Source of the DNA: a virus
IMG/VR virus record: IMGVR_UViG_3300018411_000639
Span: 32,001 to 96,000 of that record
Reading direction: 5' to 3' (one strand)
DNA length: 64,000 nt
Shown: positions 53,707 through 63,369 of the stretch, in pieces
Numbering within the stretch: the first letter of the stretch is position 1
Layout: each line of letters starts with the position of its first letter
Notes under the pieces: generated by a model
What the model was told of the DNA's origin: nothing
What the model saw: only the letters and a program-made list of their open reading frames with translations
Database searches by the model: none
Program-made: the position numbers and the translations under genes

Positions 53707-56700
53707 CTAGGTTTGTCTGATGGTCTTTCTTTTGCCTTTCGACTTCTTGTTGTGGTGCAAGTCGAAGTAATCCTCGAGGCGCTGAATAAGATCCGTGATC
53801 GCCAGATTTCCGTGAACCGCATCTTCAAAGAACGATTCATTGTTCTGGTAAAGGTCTTCGTAGATAGCAAGTTTCTTTATCAGTTCGTCTAGGACTCGGT
53901 TTCCACTCCCCACCACGGGGTGATACTCTGTAATGATGTCCGCCTTAACCATGTCGGAAATGACAACGTTGGCTATGTTTATTATACCACTGCCTTCGCC
54001 ATGGTAAAGCAATTTCAATTCGTTTTTCAGTCCATCTCCGGGCTTCAGCAAATCAAAGCTCAGATCCAGAGGAGAACCTTGGAATGCACCCTGTTGTTCT
54101 CCGTTCAAGAAGACCTCAAAAGCCCCTCCTGTCTGATAGGCTTTCATCTTGATAGACGTATTGGCCGGGTTCTCGATGAAGAAGGTAACGGAGCTTTCTT
54201 CGGTTACTACCGTATTCGTTAGGGTGTATTTAGATGTGTCGATGTGCATATTGGTTTTCTCGCAAGGGATAGCACTCTCTCCAGTATGGAAGCCCCCTTG
54301 AAGAGGTTCGTAGATATAGCTGACACGGTACCGCGAGTTCTTCAGGATAGAAGCCTCTCCGTACCACCTAATCAAGCGTAAGACACGATAGGCTTGTTGC
54401 TGTAGGCCTGGCGGAATCTCTAGCTGAATGTAGGCGTCCATGAACTCGAGCATCTTAGCGACCGAGTCCCGCATATCCATTGCTCCGAACTTGAAGATGT
54501 TCTCCTGCCACGTTTTGTTGTAAATCAAAATCATGTGACGGAGCAGGCTGACGTTTACATCCAGATACTCTCTGGCGATACCCTTGTACTCCGGCAAAGG
54601 GTGTGAGATCGGTCGCTCAACCAAGAAGGAGCCATCGGCCAATGTGTTGACAAGTTTCAGCGGCTTCAACGTATCCGGATCAATCAGACCTTCTTTATAA
54701 GAGGAATAGTCGTAATCCAACTGAGGAAGCAGTAGTTCATCGACACCTCCCGCTGTCAAGTTGAGCAAGTCATCATGATCGCTTGCGTTGTACACCCATT
54801 CGGTCTTGGGCGTGTAGCGGAGATCTTTCAGCACTTTAGCTAGGCCGACGTACTTCTCAAGTTCTGGATGCGTCTCAATAGATCTCTTGTCGACCAAGTA
54901 CCTGCTCGAATTCCGGTCATAATTGGTGGCGCGGTCTTTCTGCTCAAGTAAGAGGCTACCACCTTCGTCAAGGATACGATAAAGTTTGACCAAAGGAACG
55001 TCGCTTTGATGTCTGAAGATATTCTTCTCAATCTTGAGCGACAGAGAGGCTTGGGTCAGCGTTGTGCTTTTCTCGGCCTTGACCTCCAAGCCGACATCTT
55101 CTGGCTTGGGAACTTCAACGGTCCCCGACACGACCTTAGCTGCTCTCGTGCCATCCTGAAAAACATCCGTACTCTTTTGAGGTGACCCCAAGCGAAGCCC
55201 ATCCTCTTTGTCTCGAGCATCGTTGACGACACCATCAAAGCGGGTATCGAGGTCAGCTTCCGTTGTTTCTTTGGAATAACGTCCGAGGCTGATGTCGCTC
55301 TCATGGATGCCTGTCGTCTTGAAAATCGCATCCACTGATGTATCTTTTGTTTCGAATACGGACCGGCCTCTCTGATCTACTTCGATATACAGTCCTTCAC
55401 AGTTTAGCCCGTTTACGGTCGCATCAATCGCAACCATCTCTTTGGCCAGAGCAATAACGTACTCTCTTTTGTCCAGGAAAGAACCGTTGAGTGAGACAGG
55501 GTTCATCTTTCGACCTCTCGCCTGAAGAGTAATTATTCCTTCTTGAATCCCGACAGCCAGTAGCTTCGACAAGTTCTTCTGCTGACTCTCTGTCCAAGCC
55601 GCGCCCATCCCTCGACCAAAAGAGATATCCTGGAACGGAACATCTATGTCGACTTCCAGTTTTTGGTAGCGAAGACTGAACAGCTCGGAGATGCCCGCTG
55701 ACAAAGAACTTTTCCCAGCCGAGACATTTTCCTCCAAGCCGAAGGTCGGCAAGTCTTTCGACAGGAACTGGCCTTCTTCTCCGTACATGAATTGATGTTC
55801 AGACCGGGAGGCGGATTGCACAGCATCTCTGGAAACACCATAAGACTCCTTCCAGAGAGATGTCATCGCGTCAGATGGATCGTTCTGGAATGTTTTCCTG
55901 TCTCGGGATGCACTCTGGAATGGCCGGCCTTCGTAGAGATCCATGAGGCGACCGAACCAATTCTCCTCTGGTGACAACAGGTCTGCTTGATAGGCGTCTT
56001 TCGATAGAATCTGCACGCCTTCGATTGACTGCACGCCGTAGGCTTCCTTTTCCAGTATCCAGTCGATAGCACTTACAAGAGCCTGCTTTTCAGGAGAGGA
56101 CAACCCAACGAAGTTCAGGTCGTAGAAGTCTTTCGGATCTTTTGTAATCTTCGAGATAAAACTGGCAGCATTGGCAGCATAGACTTCTTTGACGTTACTG
56201 TCGCTTGCTATCTGGTTTTCTTGTACGAGAGCTGACTTGCTTTCTCCTGACGTGAATCGGACAGTTTCCGAACCCAAGTCTTTGTACTCCTTGGACGCAC
56301 TGTCTTTGTCCGTCATGTCTGTGACGTTCTCGCTCATCTCTTTTTTGTTCGCATCCATTTGACAGTCGGAGGAAGATTCAACGCCTTTTGTTCCTGACCC
56401 CGCAGAGATTTCATCCCACTCGAGGAAGAGAGAGAGAAAGAACTTCTCCAGGGCTAGACTTTCCCGAACCAGAGCTGATAATTCCCGAGTGTCCCAAAAA
56501 GTAGCCTCAGAGCTTGACGCTTCTTTTGGTCTCCCGGGTTCTAGGCTTTGAGGGCCGGAGGAAAAAGCTTCGGGTACGTCTTTTTCGAGGATATGAGTTT
56601 CTTCGACACGAGACCCCTGTGAGTCCTTCCCTCCGAACAGAGAGGCAGATTCGCCGATCTCAAGGTCGCTCTTTGAAAGAGATGTAGGTGACCCATTGAG

Positions 56701-57459
56701 AAGAATGCCTTCTCTTCTCTTTTCTGCTCCGTCTGAGCTTAACTCTCTCAACAGGAGATCCTCTCTGCGTACCTGAAGACCTTCCTCTACCCTCATGTTT
56801 CTTTTGTGGTCAATCTCTGCGCTCTTTAGGTGACTGCTCGGTAGCGAGGTGTTTTTTAAAACCTCCACGAAGACAGCGTAGGCCCATTCACGGAAGTCAG
56901 AAGAAGATATCCGTTGAACAAGTTTTTCGCTCTCTGGTCTGGAGAGATTTATCTGTCTGCCGAGAAACGCCCCCGAGCTTCTTCTTATGCTTTTTGTGTT
57001 TTCTTTTGATAAAGATTTCCCTCCATCCTCGCCCGGGAAGCGAGTCTCCCGGTACAGGATAGCAGGAAGAGAGGAAGGAAACGGATCTGATGGAATCCAT
57101 CGACCAGAAGAGAAACTCTTCGGTTTACCAACCGAGACCCCTTTCTCTCTACTGTTGTCTGCACCAGACAACACACCCTCCGGAACATGCACAGAAGCCC
57201 CTGCGCCAAAAGAAGCGAAGGCTGTCTCGTTCTGCGCCTTCGCTTCTTTTAACGACTTATGAAAAGGGGTGTGCGCATCATGCAGCTGATAGGAGCTCTT
57301 TCCCAGTGATGCGAACAAACCTGTCTTGAACAACTCGGTCTGAAAGATCAAATTGTTCAAGTAAGAGAATGTTCTCTCGTAGGGGTGTTGGAGCTCTTCG
57401 TACTTTACGTCGTAAGCGGCGAATCGGTCTAGCAAGTAATTGATAACCACCTCTGCCAT
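53707..57459 (-). CDS. Large structural protein with degenerate 15-16-aa periodic region
   Basis: 1250 aa; Ser/Glu/Lys-rich central region with recurring (L/A/G)-x-(K/R) triplets; globular C-terminus. Confidence 0.65.
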   Translation of the reverse strand: MAEVVINYLLDRFAAYDVKYEELQHPYERTFSYLNNLIFQTELFKTGLFASLGKSSYQLHDAHTPFHKSLKEAKAQNETAFASFGAGASVHVPEGVLSGADNSREKGVSVGKPKSFSSGRWIPSDPFPSSLPAILYRETRFPGEDGGKSLSKENTKSIRRSSGAFLGRQINLSRPESEKLVQRISSSDFREWAYAVFVEVLKNTSLPSSHLKSAEIDHKRNMRVEEGLQVRREDLLLRELSSDGAEKRREGILLNGSPTSLSKSDLEIGESASLFGGKDSQGSRVEETHILEKDVPEAFSSGPQSLEPGRPKEASSSEATFWDTRELSALVRESLALEKFFLSLFLEWDEISAGSGTKGVESSSDCQMDANKKEMSENVTDMTDKDSASKEYKDLGSETVRFTSGESKSALVQENQIASDSNVKEVYAANAASFISKITKDPKDFYDLNFVGLSSPEKQALVSAIDWILEKEAYGVQSIEGVQILSKDAYQADLLSPEENWFGRLMDLYEGRPFQSASRDRKTFQNDPSDAMTSLWKESYGVSRDAVQSASRSEHQFMYGEEGQFLSKDLPTFGLEENVSAGKSSLSAGISELFSLRYQKLEVDIDVPFQDISFGRGMGAAWTESQQKNLSKLLAVGIQEGIITLQARGRKMNPVSLNGSFLDKREYVIALAKEMVAIDATVNGLNCEGLYIEVDQRGRSVFETKDTSVDAIFKTTGIHESDISLGRYSKETTEADLDTRFDGVVNDARDKEDGLRLGSPQKSTDVFQDGTRAAKVVSGTVEVPKPEDVGLEVKAEKSTTLTQASLSLKIEKNIFRHQSDVPLVKLYRILDEGGSLLLEQKDRATNYDRNSSRYLVDKRSIETHPELEKYVGLAKVLKDLRYTPKTEWVYNASDHDDLLNLTAGGVDELLLPQLDYDYSSYKEGLIDPDTLKPLKLVNTLADGSFLVERPISHPLPEYKGIAREYLDVNVSLLRHMILIYNKTWQENIFKFGAMDMRDSVAKMLEFMDAYIQLEIPPGLQQQAYRVLRLIRWYGEASILKNSRYRVSYIYEPLQGGFHTGESAIPCEKTNMHIDTSKYTLTNTVVTEESSVTFFIENPANTSIKMKAYQTGGAFEVFLNGEQQGAFQGSPLDLSFDLLKPGDGLKNELKLLYHGEGSGIINIANVVISDMVKADIITEYHPVVGSGNRVLDELIKKLAIYEDLYQNNESFFEDAVHGNLAITDLIQRLEDYFDLHHNKKSKGKRKTIRQT
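53951..53966 (+). repeat. Variant of dispersed motif (ATGTCGGAAATGACAA)
   Basis: 13/16 match, same orientation; same core variant as the 6013 copy. Confidence 0.45.
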
Positions 57460-57477
57460 AGCTTACACCCCTTTCCG

Positions 57478-58551
57478 CTACGCTTGTTTGATGATTGTCA
57501 TCGGGAATGACTTGTTCTGAGAATACTCTGGCCCTGCTGATGCATTCGAGCTTGCTACCAACTGAAGAACTGTCTCTGCGTTGGTCTCGCCAACGGCTGG
57601 ACGTGTAACTTGCGCTACGAAGTGAGTCCCCGCATCCACAACCTTCAGGTTCGGGTTGGTTGGGTCTGCCGCTCCGCCGGCCGTCATAACTGCCCATGCG
57701 AGTGACACAGTAGCTGCCTCTGGTGAGATAGATACTACATTCTTCGGCAAGATCATGTTTTCCACGACTTGATTCAAGGAAACGTTGTCGCCTTTAATCA
57801 CAGATGCATCAACCACAGAGATAGAGCGGACTACAGCTTCTAAGTTTGTGATAGGAAGTTTCATGACCTTGTTTGCCATAAAGTAGACTGTCTTGGTGAC
57901 GTCTCCTTTTGACACGAAACCGGTTAGTGACACTGTACGATCTCCCTCAGAGAAGGATGGGCGCACGACTTTACCAGTAGCAGAGATAGCATCGGCTGCT
58001 GTACTTGTCCACGCGATCAGGGAGCCGTGAGCTCCTTTGGTAGGAAGCGTCAAGTCTGTGTTGATTTCAGTCCGGATCGCGTTTAGTCCTTTGATGGACT
58101 CCCACGAGATTGCTGTAAGGTCCAAGTCAACCTCTTCTTCGTTCGTCCACGCAACGACGCTCAGCGGGATAACTTTTGTTTCAGTGATGATGCCCTTTTT
58201 GATAGTTGCTGTCATCGTTACTGCGGTAGCTGCCGATCCATTTGCCGGACGTACCACTGTACCGATGTTGTCAACCGTAAGAGGGGCGCTCGATACCCAT
58301 GTAATGACTGACCCATTTGGTCCGACCGATTGCAAGAATAGATTGCGGCGTACCGCTTCTTTTCCTGCAATATCTAGCCAAGTTTTGTCTGCCATGACGA
58401 CCTGTGTGTCTGTCATACCGGCTTGCTTTACGCTAGCTGGGTATGTTTTGCTTTTTGTTACTGTACCTTTGGTTACAGTAGCGGTGAGGGATAAAACCCC
58501 GTCACCGTTACCATAAGCAGGTCTTGTCACTTTGCCTTTAACCATCGTCAC
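57478..58551 (-). CDS. Tandem bacterial Ig-like (atrophied Ig) repeat protein
   Basis: 357 aa; repeated L-x-LP..G..GS.I.W.S....I...G.V.RP..GD..V.LT..V.KG units; start probably ATG at 58545 after GGAGG. Confidence 0.75.
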   Translation of the reverse strand: MTMVKGKVTRPAYGNGDGVLSLTATVTKGTVTKSKTYPASVKQAGMTDTQVVMADKTWLDIAGKEAVRRNLFLQSVGPNGSVITWVSSAPLTVDNIGTVVRPANGSAATAVTMTATIKKGIITETKVIPLSVVAWTNEEEVDLDLTAISWESIKGLNAIRTEINTDLTLPTKGAHGSLIAWTSTAADAISATGKVVRPSFSEGDRTVSLTGFVSKGDVTKTVYFMANKVMKLPITNLEAVVRSISVVDASVIKGDNVSLNQVVENMILPKNVVSISPEAATVSLAWAVMTAGGAADPTNPNLKVVDAGTHFVAQVTRPAVGETNAETVLQLVASSNASAGPEYSQNKSFPMTIIKQA

Positions 58552-58568
58552 AAACCTCCGTTAGTGTT

Positions 58569-61106
58569 TTAAATTTCTGTAATCAGGATCAATTCTTCGC
58601 TTGAAGATGTCCAGTTAACAGCTAAGTTATTTGTCGAAGTAGCTGGAAGAACAACGTCTGTTGTTAAACTATGCAAACTACCCACCAGGATATCCAGTCC
58701 GTCTATCGCCTCATTGACAGCTTCTTCATCCGTGATTGCTTTCGGTCTACGAACAGCCTTCTTGACAGCAAAGCCATACGTCGCATTAGGAGAGCCTGCA
58801 AACGGAGAGAAAGGAGCTGTGATCGGGAAGAAGATGTAAGTTTCCTCTTCTTTTGTCGCATCTTTCTTGAAGTCACGGTTTACGATCAATTCGTCAAACG
58901 CGTACAAGGAAGATGTGTCGATTGCCAAGCAATCTGCCAAGACTCCACGAGGGCCGTCATTTCCGTGAGTAATCTTCAGTTTATCTGCGTAGTACTCGCC
59001 AGTGTAAGCTGACTTACCGTACTGCTCTTTGGACATGTACTCTTCCGTGCTTGTGAACATCAGGTGATGCTTCTGGAAGTACGCCTTAGAACGCGTATGC
59101 AGCATAGAGATGTCAACCACGCCAGTCGCAGTGTTCTTGCCGTAGGTGTCCGGTAGGACGATGTCGATTACGTTACCAAATCCATCGCGCGTGATACCTT
59201 TTACGGTTTCATACTTTTCAGTATAGTAATCGTAATTTAGTGTCAGTTGGACCGTTTCAGAAGGAGCGGAGAACAGAGTTACATCTGCCGTCTTTCTGTC
59301 AGCAGAGATGGAAACGATACAACTTGTCCCATTTGGTAATTCGCTGACAACACCTGTCTGTAAGTCTTCGTGTGTGACGCTGAACGCTCCTAGCGGATCA
59401 AACAACTTGCCGCCCTCCTGGATGACATAAGAGAATTGTGTGGTCTCCCCTGTCCCCATTGCCATCGGCACACTGTCGCTCATCGTGATGCGCTTCTTCT
59501 CGGTGGAGGCTGCGCACGGCGTTGTAGAGGACGAAGTGAACAACGCAAAGTTGCCGGCAGTGTCGTTGATCGAGTTTTCAAACGATTCGATCTGCCCTAA
59601 GTAAGCCGCTGAAATCAGGTGGCGGTTTCTTCCGAAGTCCAATGAGGGGTTCCCCATGACAACTAACGCCATGCGGTCGTTGTTCGTGTTGATCCAGAAG
59701 CGGATACGCGTATCCCCGTTCAAGCCCGGAGTTTCTACCGGCAGCCACAGCATGCCATCCGTTAGATCGCTTTCGCCGACATCTCCATCCAGTTCGTCAA
59801 TGCGAACTTCTTCAAAATCTTGATACCAGGACAGCTTCGACCATTCTGATATATGGGATTTGAGTTGAAGGATATCGCCCGTGTTTTCGTCGATGACGTT
59901 TGGCATAGGTCCGTTGCCGTCCGAGTTGATCGCATCATACATGCGTGCGTAGATATAATGATTATTGTAAAGCAGTTTCTTGGCTGCAATTACACTTTGC
60001 TCTTTTTCGTACGTGTAAGTTAACACAGGCTGACCAATGGACGCCACTGATCCTGATACGGTTTTCAGTATTTTCAACGTAAAAGTAGAGCGATCATAAG
60101 ACCACGAGTCGCCAGACAGAGGTGTTGATGATCCGCTGTTGTTCAATGACAAGGTTACGGACTCCGCATTGACTTTATCCAGTTCAGGGAGTTGATATTC
60201 GAACCCGACATCTATGATATAGGATTCATTTATCGCTTTAAGTGTGACGTCAATGCAGAGCGTACTATTTCTGCTAACGTACATGAATACGGTCATGCTG
60301 TCCTGCAATAGAACAGCTTCCTCTGACATGGCCAACTCTTCTGCTGCCATCTTCAGAAACAAAGACCCTTTTAGTTTGAGCATGCTCTCTTTTGACGTAA
60401 TCCTCTCTGTGATATTCCAGAGTCCTGTCGGAGTGATGGCAGGGTAAGAAATACCGAGAGCTGTTGCCAGAGAGTTAGTTAGAGATTTGTACGCAGTGTA
60501 ATCCGACCTATAGAACTCCTTGGTCATCACCTTTGTTGTTACAGGGTACTGTGTCGTGTTTTTCGGATGAGATATCGTACGAAGGCTGATTTCTTTTTCC
60601 GCCGTGCGATTGGCGAACTCTTGGTAAATCCCTCGAGTGATAACGTAAGGCATGATACCTTTTCTCTCGCTCTCAGGATGGTACTGCTCAGGGTCAGCCA
60701 AATATTTTGGCTTATACAGTTCCACATACATCTCAACAGACTCTTTGTTTAAGTCGTTTTCGATGCCGATATCATCTACTTGGAAGACGCCACTTAGATC
60801 TTTGGTTGAGGTCGTTGTCTTCAGAATGATAGTATTTCCCGATTGAGAAAGTTGGTTCTCGATCTTCGTAGCAAATTCTGCCGGAGTAAGAGCTGACCAG
60901 TCCATTACATTCAGAAGCTCACGCTGAGGTTTTGGATATACGATATCCCAGTTCTTGTCAATGATGATTTCACGGTCACGAATGACCTGCCCATTCGTAT
61001 CTAGGACCGCTTCCGTCTTAACCGCAGTAGATAGGACTTTTGCAAGGTCTTTGATAAAGGTGTTGGCCGAAGATGTACCTTCGTAATAGCGCCAAGCGTT
61101 ACTCAT
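58569..61106 (-). CDS. Large virion structural protein ending in half an Ig-like repeat
   Basis: 845 aa; GGAGG-like RBS; C-terminal DEEAVNEAIDGLDI..DVVLP..VNWTSS. Confidence 0.65.
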   Translation of the reverse strand: MSNAWRYYEGTSSANTFIKDLAKVLSTAVKTEAVLDTNGQVIRDREIIIDKNWDIVYPKPQRELLNVMDWSALTPAEFATKIENQLSQSGNTIILKTTTSTKDLSGVFQVDDIGIENDLNKESVEMYVELYKPKYLADPEQYHPESERKGIMPYVITRGIYQEFANRTAEKEISLRTISHPKNTTQYPVTTKVMTKEFYRSDYTAYKSLTNSLATALGISYPAITPTGLWNITERITSKESMLKLKGSLFLKMAAEELAMSEEAVLLQDSMTVFMYVSRNSTLCIDVTLKAINESYIIDVGFEYQLPELDKVNAESVTLSLNNSGSSTPLSGDSWSYDRSTFTLKILKTVSGSVASIGQPVLTYTYEKEQSVIAAKKLLYNNHYIYARMYDAINSDGNGPMPNVIDENTGDILQLKSHISEWSKLSWYQDFEEVRIDELDGDVGESDLTDGMLWLPVETPGLNGDTRIRFWINTNNDRMALVVMGNPSLDFGRNRHLISAAYLGQIESFENSINDTAGNFALFTSSSTTPCAASTEKKRITMSDSVPMAMGTGETTQFSYVIQEGGKLFDPLGAFSVTHEDLQTGVVSELPNGTSCIVSISADRKTADVTLFSAPSETVQLTLNYDYYTEKYETVKGITRDGFGNVIDIVLPDTYGKNTATGVVDISMLHTRSKAYFQKHHLMFTSTEEYMSKEQYGKSAYTGEYYADKLKITHGNDGPRGVLADCLAIDTSSLYAFDELIVNRDFKKDATKEEETYIFFPITAPFSPFAGSPNATYGFAVKKAVRRPKAITDEEAVNEAIDGLDILVGSLHSLTTDVVLPATSTNNLAVNWTSSSEELILITEI

Positions 61107-61848
61107 TAGTGTTGCCTCCTTCTAGTAAACTTTCTTTTTCTGTCAACATTCGGATGCCGAGCCAGAGGATCTTGCTTGTCCCGCTGTCGTTAAAAAACTC
61201 CAACTTGAGGCGCGTTCCCGGTGCGGCCCGATAAACATAAGTGGAGGAGCCTAAGAATAGACCTTCCTTCACCTCTTGCAAGTACCAGTTCTTGAACCAG
61301 AGCTGATCATCACAGTAAAGATCGTACTTGTCACTTTCGCCGTAGCCGGTGGCTGTGACCGTAAGCCCGAGGATTTCAACGGGTTTGTCTAAGGGGGTGA
61401 CGTATTCAACGGAGTACATCCCTGCTATTGCGGGGACAGCCAGTTGAACCATTTCGTTATAAGGCTGAGTGAATTGCGCGAACCCGTCAATAGAGCCGAT
61501 ACGCTCGACTTCGTTCACGGTGTTCAGTGTTCCGCCTGCCAGATTTCCGACATTATCAACCTGTTTTACGAGGTCAATCGTACCGCCTTGGATGTTCCCA
61601 ATTTCTTCTACGAGCCTTACATTCTCAATATTCTGAACATTCTCTAGGTTTGTAACATTGTCAACTTGGCCCAGCTTTTCCAACATCTCAATCCGCTTGA
61701 CCAACTCAACAACGGTTACTTCGTCAATGACGCCACCAAGGATGGTATCGACTTGCTTCACTCTATCTAGGACACCGCCGAGGATTGCTTTGAGGCTTTT
61801 TACCTCATCAATGACACCGCCGGCATTGTAGTTTACATTAAAGCCCAT
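61099..61848 (-). CDS. Structural protein with GG-x-(I/L)-D-x-V beta-repeats
   Basis: 249 aa; five GG(V/T)(I/L)(D/N)xV repeats and V/I-x-x periodicity. Confidence 0.65.
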   Translation of the reverse strand: MGFNVNYNAGGVIDEVKSLKAILGGVLDRVKQVDTILGGVIDEVTVVELVKRIEMLEKLGQVDNVTNLENVQNIENVRLVEEIGNIQGGTIDLVKQVDNVGNLAGGTLNTVNEVERIGSIDGFAQFTQPYNEMVQLAVPAIAGMYSVEYVTPLDKPVEILGLTVTATGYGESDKYDLYCDDQLWFKNWYLQEVKEGLFLGSSTYVYRAAPGTRLKLEFFNDSGTSKILWLGIRMLTEKESLLEGGNTNE

Positions 61849-61851
61849 CTG

Positions 61852-62856
61852 CTAGACACCTCTCTCAACTGGAGAGAATACAAGGTAGCTGACATCACGT
61901 GCTTCGTCGTAGATAAGAGTCCACTCGCCCGCTACAGGTCCTTGTGGTTCGTCCTCGTCTTCTTCGTCAAAGGGACTCCCATATAGGTAGGAGTTCTCGA
62001 AGTCAACGTCCGAAGTCCCTATCCTTCCTACCATCTTGATATAGACGACATTCGTCTTCAAGCTGACACCAAAGCTTTTGTCATCCGGGAACATTTCCAA
62101 AACCTCAATCGGAGCCACGAAGCTCGCATCCAGATCGCCTAAAAATAGGTCCTCATAGGCGTCTTCTCGGCTGACGACCTCTTGGACTTCCCTCTTGATA
62201 AAGAACTGAATAGGGTCGCTCCAGTGACCATTCACGGCCTTCACCCTTGCGTAGTACAATCCTTCTGTCAGGTTCAACGAGGGGAGGTATTCACTTTTCG
62301 CGTATTCACCTACGTTGTTGATCAGAAGTTCGTCACACAAGAGCGTCTCGAAAGTTTCCTCTCGCGACAACTGGAAGGTGTATGCCTTCGTTTGCTCGTC
62401 ACCCCACGTGAAGACAGGAATCTCTGACGAGATCGTGCCGAAGCGAGGTGAGAGGAATGTCGGCTTAGCCCCTGTTGCGCTGCTCTCCGTATAGAAGATG
62501 CCCACAAAATCAGTTGCCAACCCTCTCCCAAGAACATCCGTTAGCCCTCCTGCCCGAATGAACACAAGGTATCGCCTATTCTCCGCTAAAGGATTCGTAG
62601 GACTGAAGATGATTGTCCGATCATCATACGAGGCTTTCCCTTGTACCGTTTCGTACTGAGAACGGTCCATCGAAGCGAGGTTCACAAAATGCAAACCCGG
62701 ATCGGAGAGGACAACAAGATTGCCAATGATGGAACCTGTGTCTAGGTCAGAGTTAAAGCGGATGCGAATGTCCTCATGTACATCCACGCCAATCGACTGC
62801 ATTGCCGGGGTCATTGACTCCACCCGAAGGCCCATCGTTTCGACAGAACTCTTCAT
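61852..62856 (-). CDS. Ig-like (Big_5/FN3-type) domain protein
   Basis: 334 aa; TPA...IRIRFNSDLD..IFSPTNPLAENRRY..GLTDVLGRGL; LYYARVKA..GHWS. Confidence 0.7.
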   Translation of the reverse strand: MKSSVETMGLRVESMTPAMQSIGVDVHEDIRIRFNSDLDTGSIIGNLVVLSDPGLHFVNLASMDRSQYETVQGKASYDDRTIIFSPTNPLAENRRYLVFIRAGGLTDVLGRGLATDFVGIFYTESSATGAKPTFLSPRFGTISSEIPVFTWGDEQTKAYTFQLSREETFETLLCDELLINNVGEYAKSEYLPSLNLTEGLYYARVKAVNGHWSDPIQFFIKREVQEVVSREDAYEDLFLGDLDASFVAPIEVLEMFPDDKSFGVSLKTNVVYIKMVGRIGTSDVDFENSYLYGSPFDEEDEDEPQGPVAGEWTLIYDEARDVSYLVFSPVERGV

Positions 62857-62884
62857 GCAATATCACCTACTTCCGAGGTTATTC

Positions 62885-63334
62885 TTATTCCTTTTTAGCA
62901 GCAGCTTTTTTGGCCGGAGCTTTCTTTGCAGGAGCGGCTTCAACTACTTCTTCTGTAGTTTCAACTACTTCTTCAACTACTTCTTCTGTAGTTTCTTCCG
63001 CAGTTTCAACCGTTTCAATGGTCTCTTCAACTTTTTCTTCTGCAATTTCAACTACTTCCACTTCTTCAACTACTTCTAGTTCTTTCAGTGCTTCAGCCAT
63101 AGCTGCTTGTTTCTCTGCAGTCTCAGCTGTTTCGGTTTTCAGTTCACCGGCTTTGATGTCTACAACACCATTCACGTCAATCAATGTCTTTCCTCTTAGT
63201 CCTCTCAGAATAGAAGCGCTAAGCCGAGGGGAAGACCCCCTCGGCTTGAGTACGCTTAAATGGAGAGGAGCCTCTGGACAAAAGAACACGTAATTATCTC
63301 GAACCGCTGGGTTCAGTTGTAATACAATACTCAT
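62885..63334 (-). CDS. Hypothetical protein after the capsid gene, with acidic low-complexity tail and basic PAKK end
   Basis: 149 aa; GGAGG RBS; E/V/T-rich repeats; ends PAKKAPAKKAAAKKE. Confidence 0.75.
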   Translation of the reverse strand: MSIVLQLNPAVRDNYVFFCPEAPLHLSVLKPRGSSPRLSASILRGLRGKTLIDVNGVVDIKAGELKTETAETAEKQAAMAEALKELEVVEEVEVVEIAEEKVEETIETVETAEETTEEVVEEVVETTEEVVEAAPAKKAPAKKAAAKKE

Positions 63335-63369
63335 CGTCTAGGCCTCCATTCCTTTAGTCTTGTTTGTGA

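Noticed and set aside
129-53966. Motif copies as CRISPR repeats or IS ends
   Set aside because: The copies are kilobases apart and mostly inside intact ORFs, with no spacer array, transposase or target-site duplications
58545-58580. Frameshift or readthrough fusion of the 845-aa and 357-aa genes
   Set aside because: The -1 frame has TAA before the junction and readthrough in frame 0 meets TGA; the downstream gene has a GGAGG RBS
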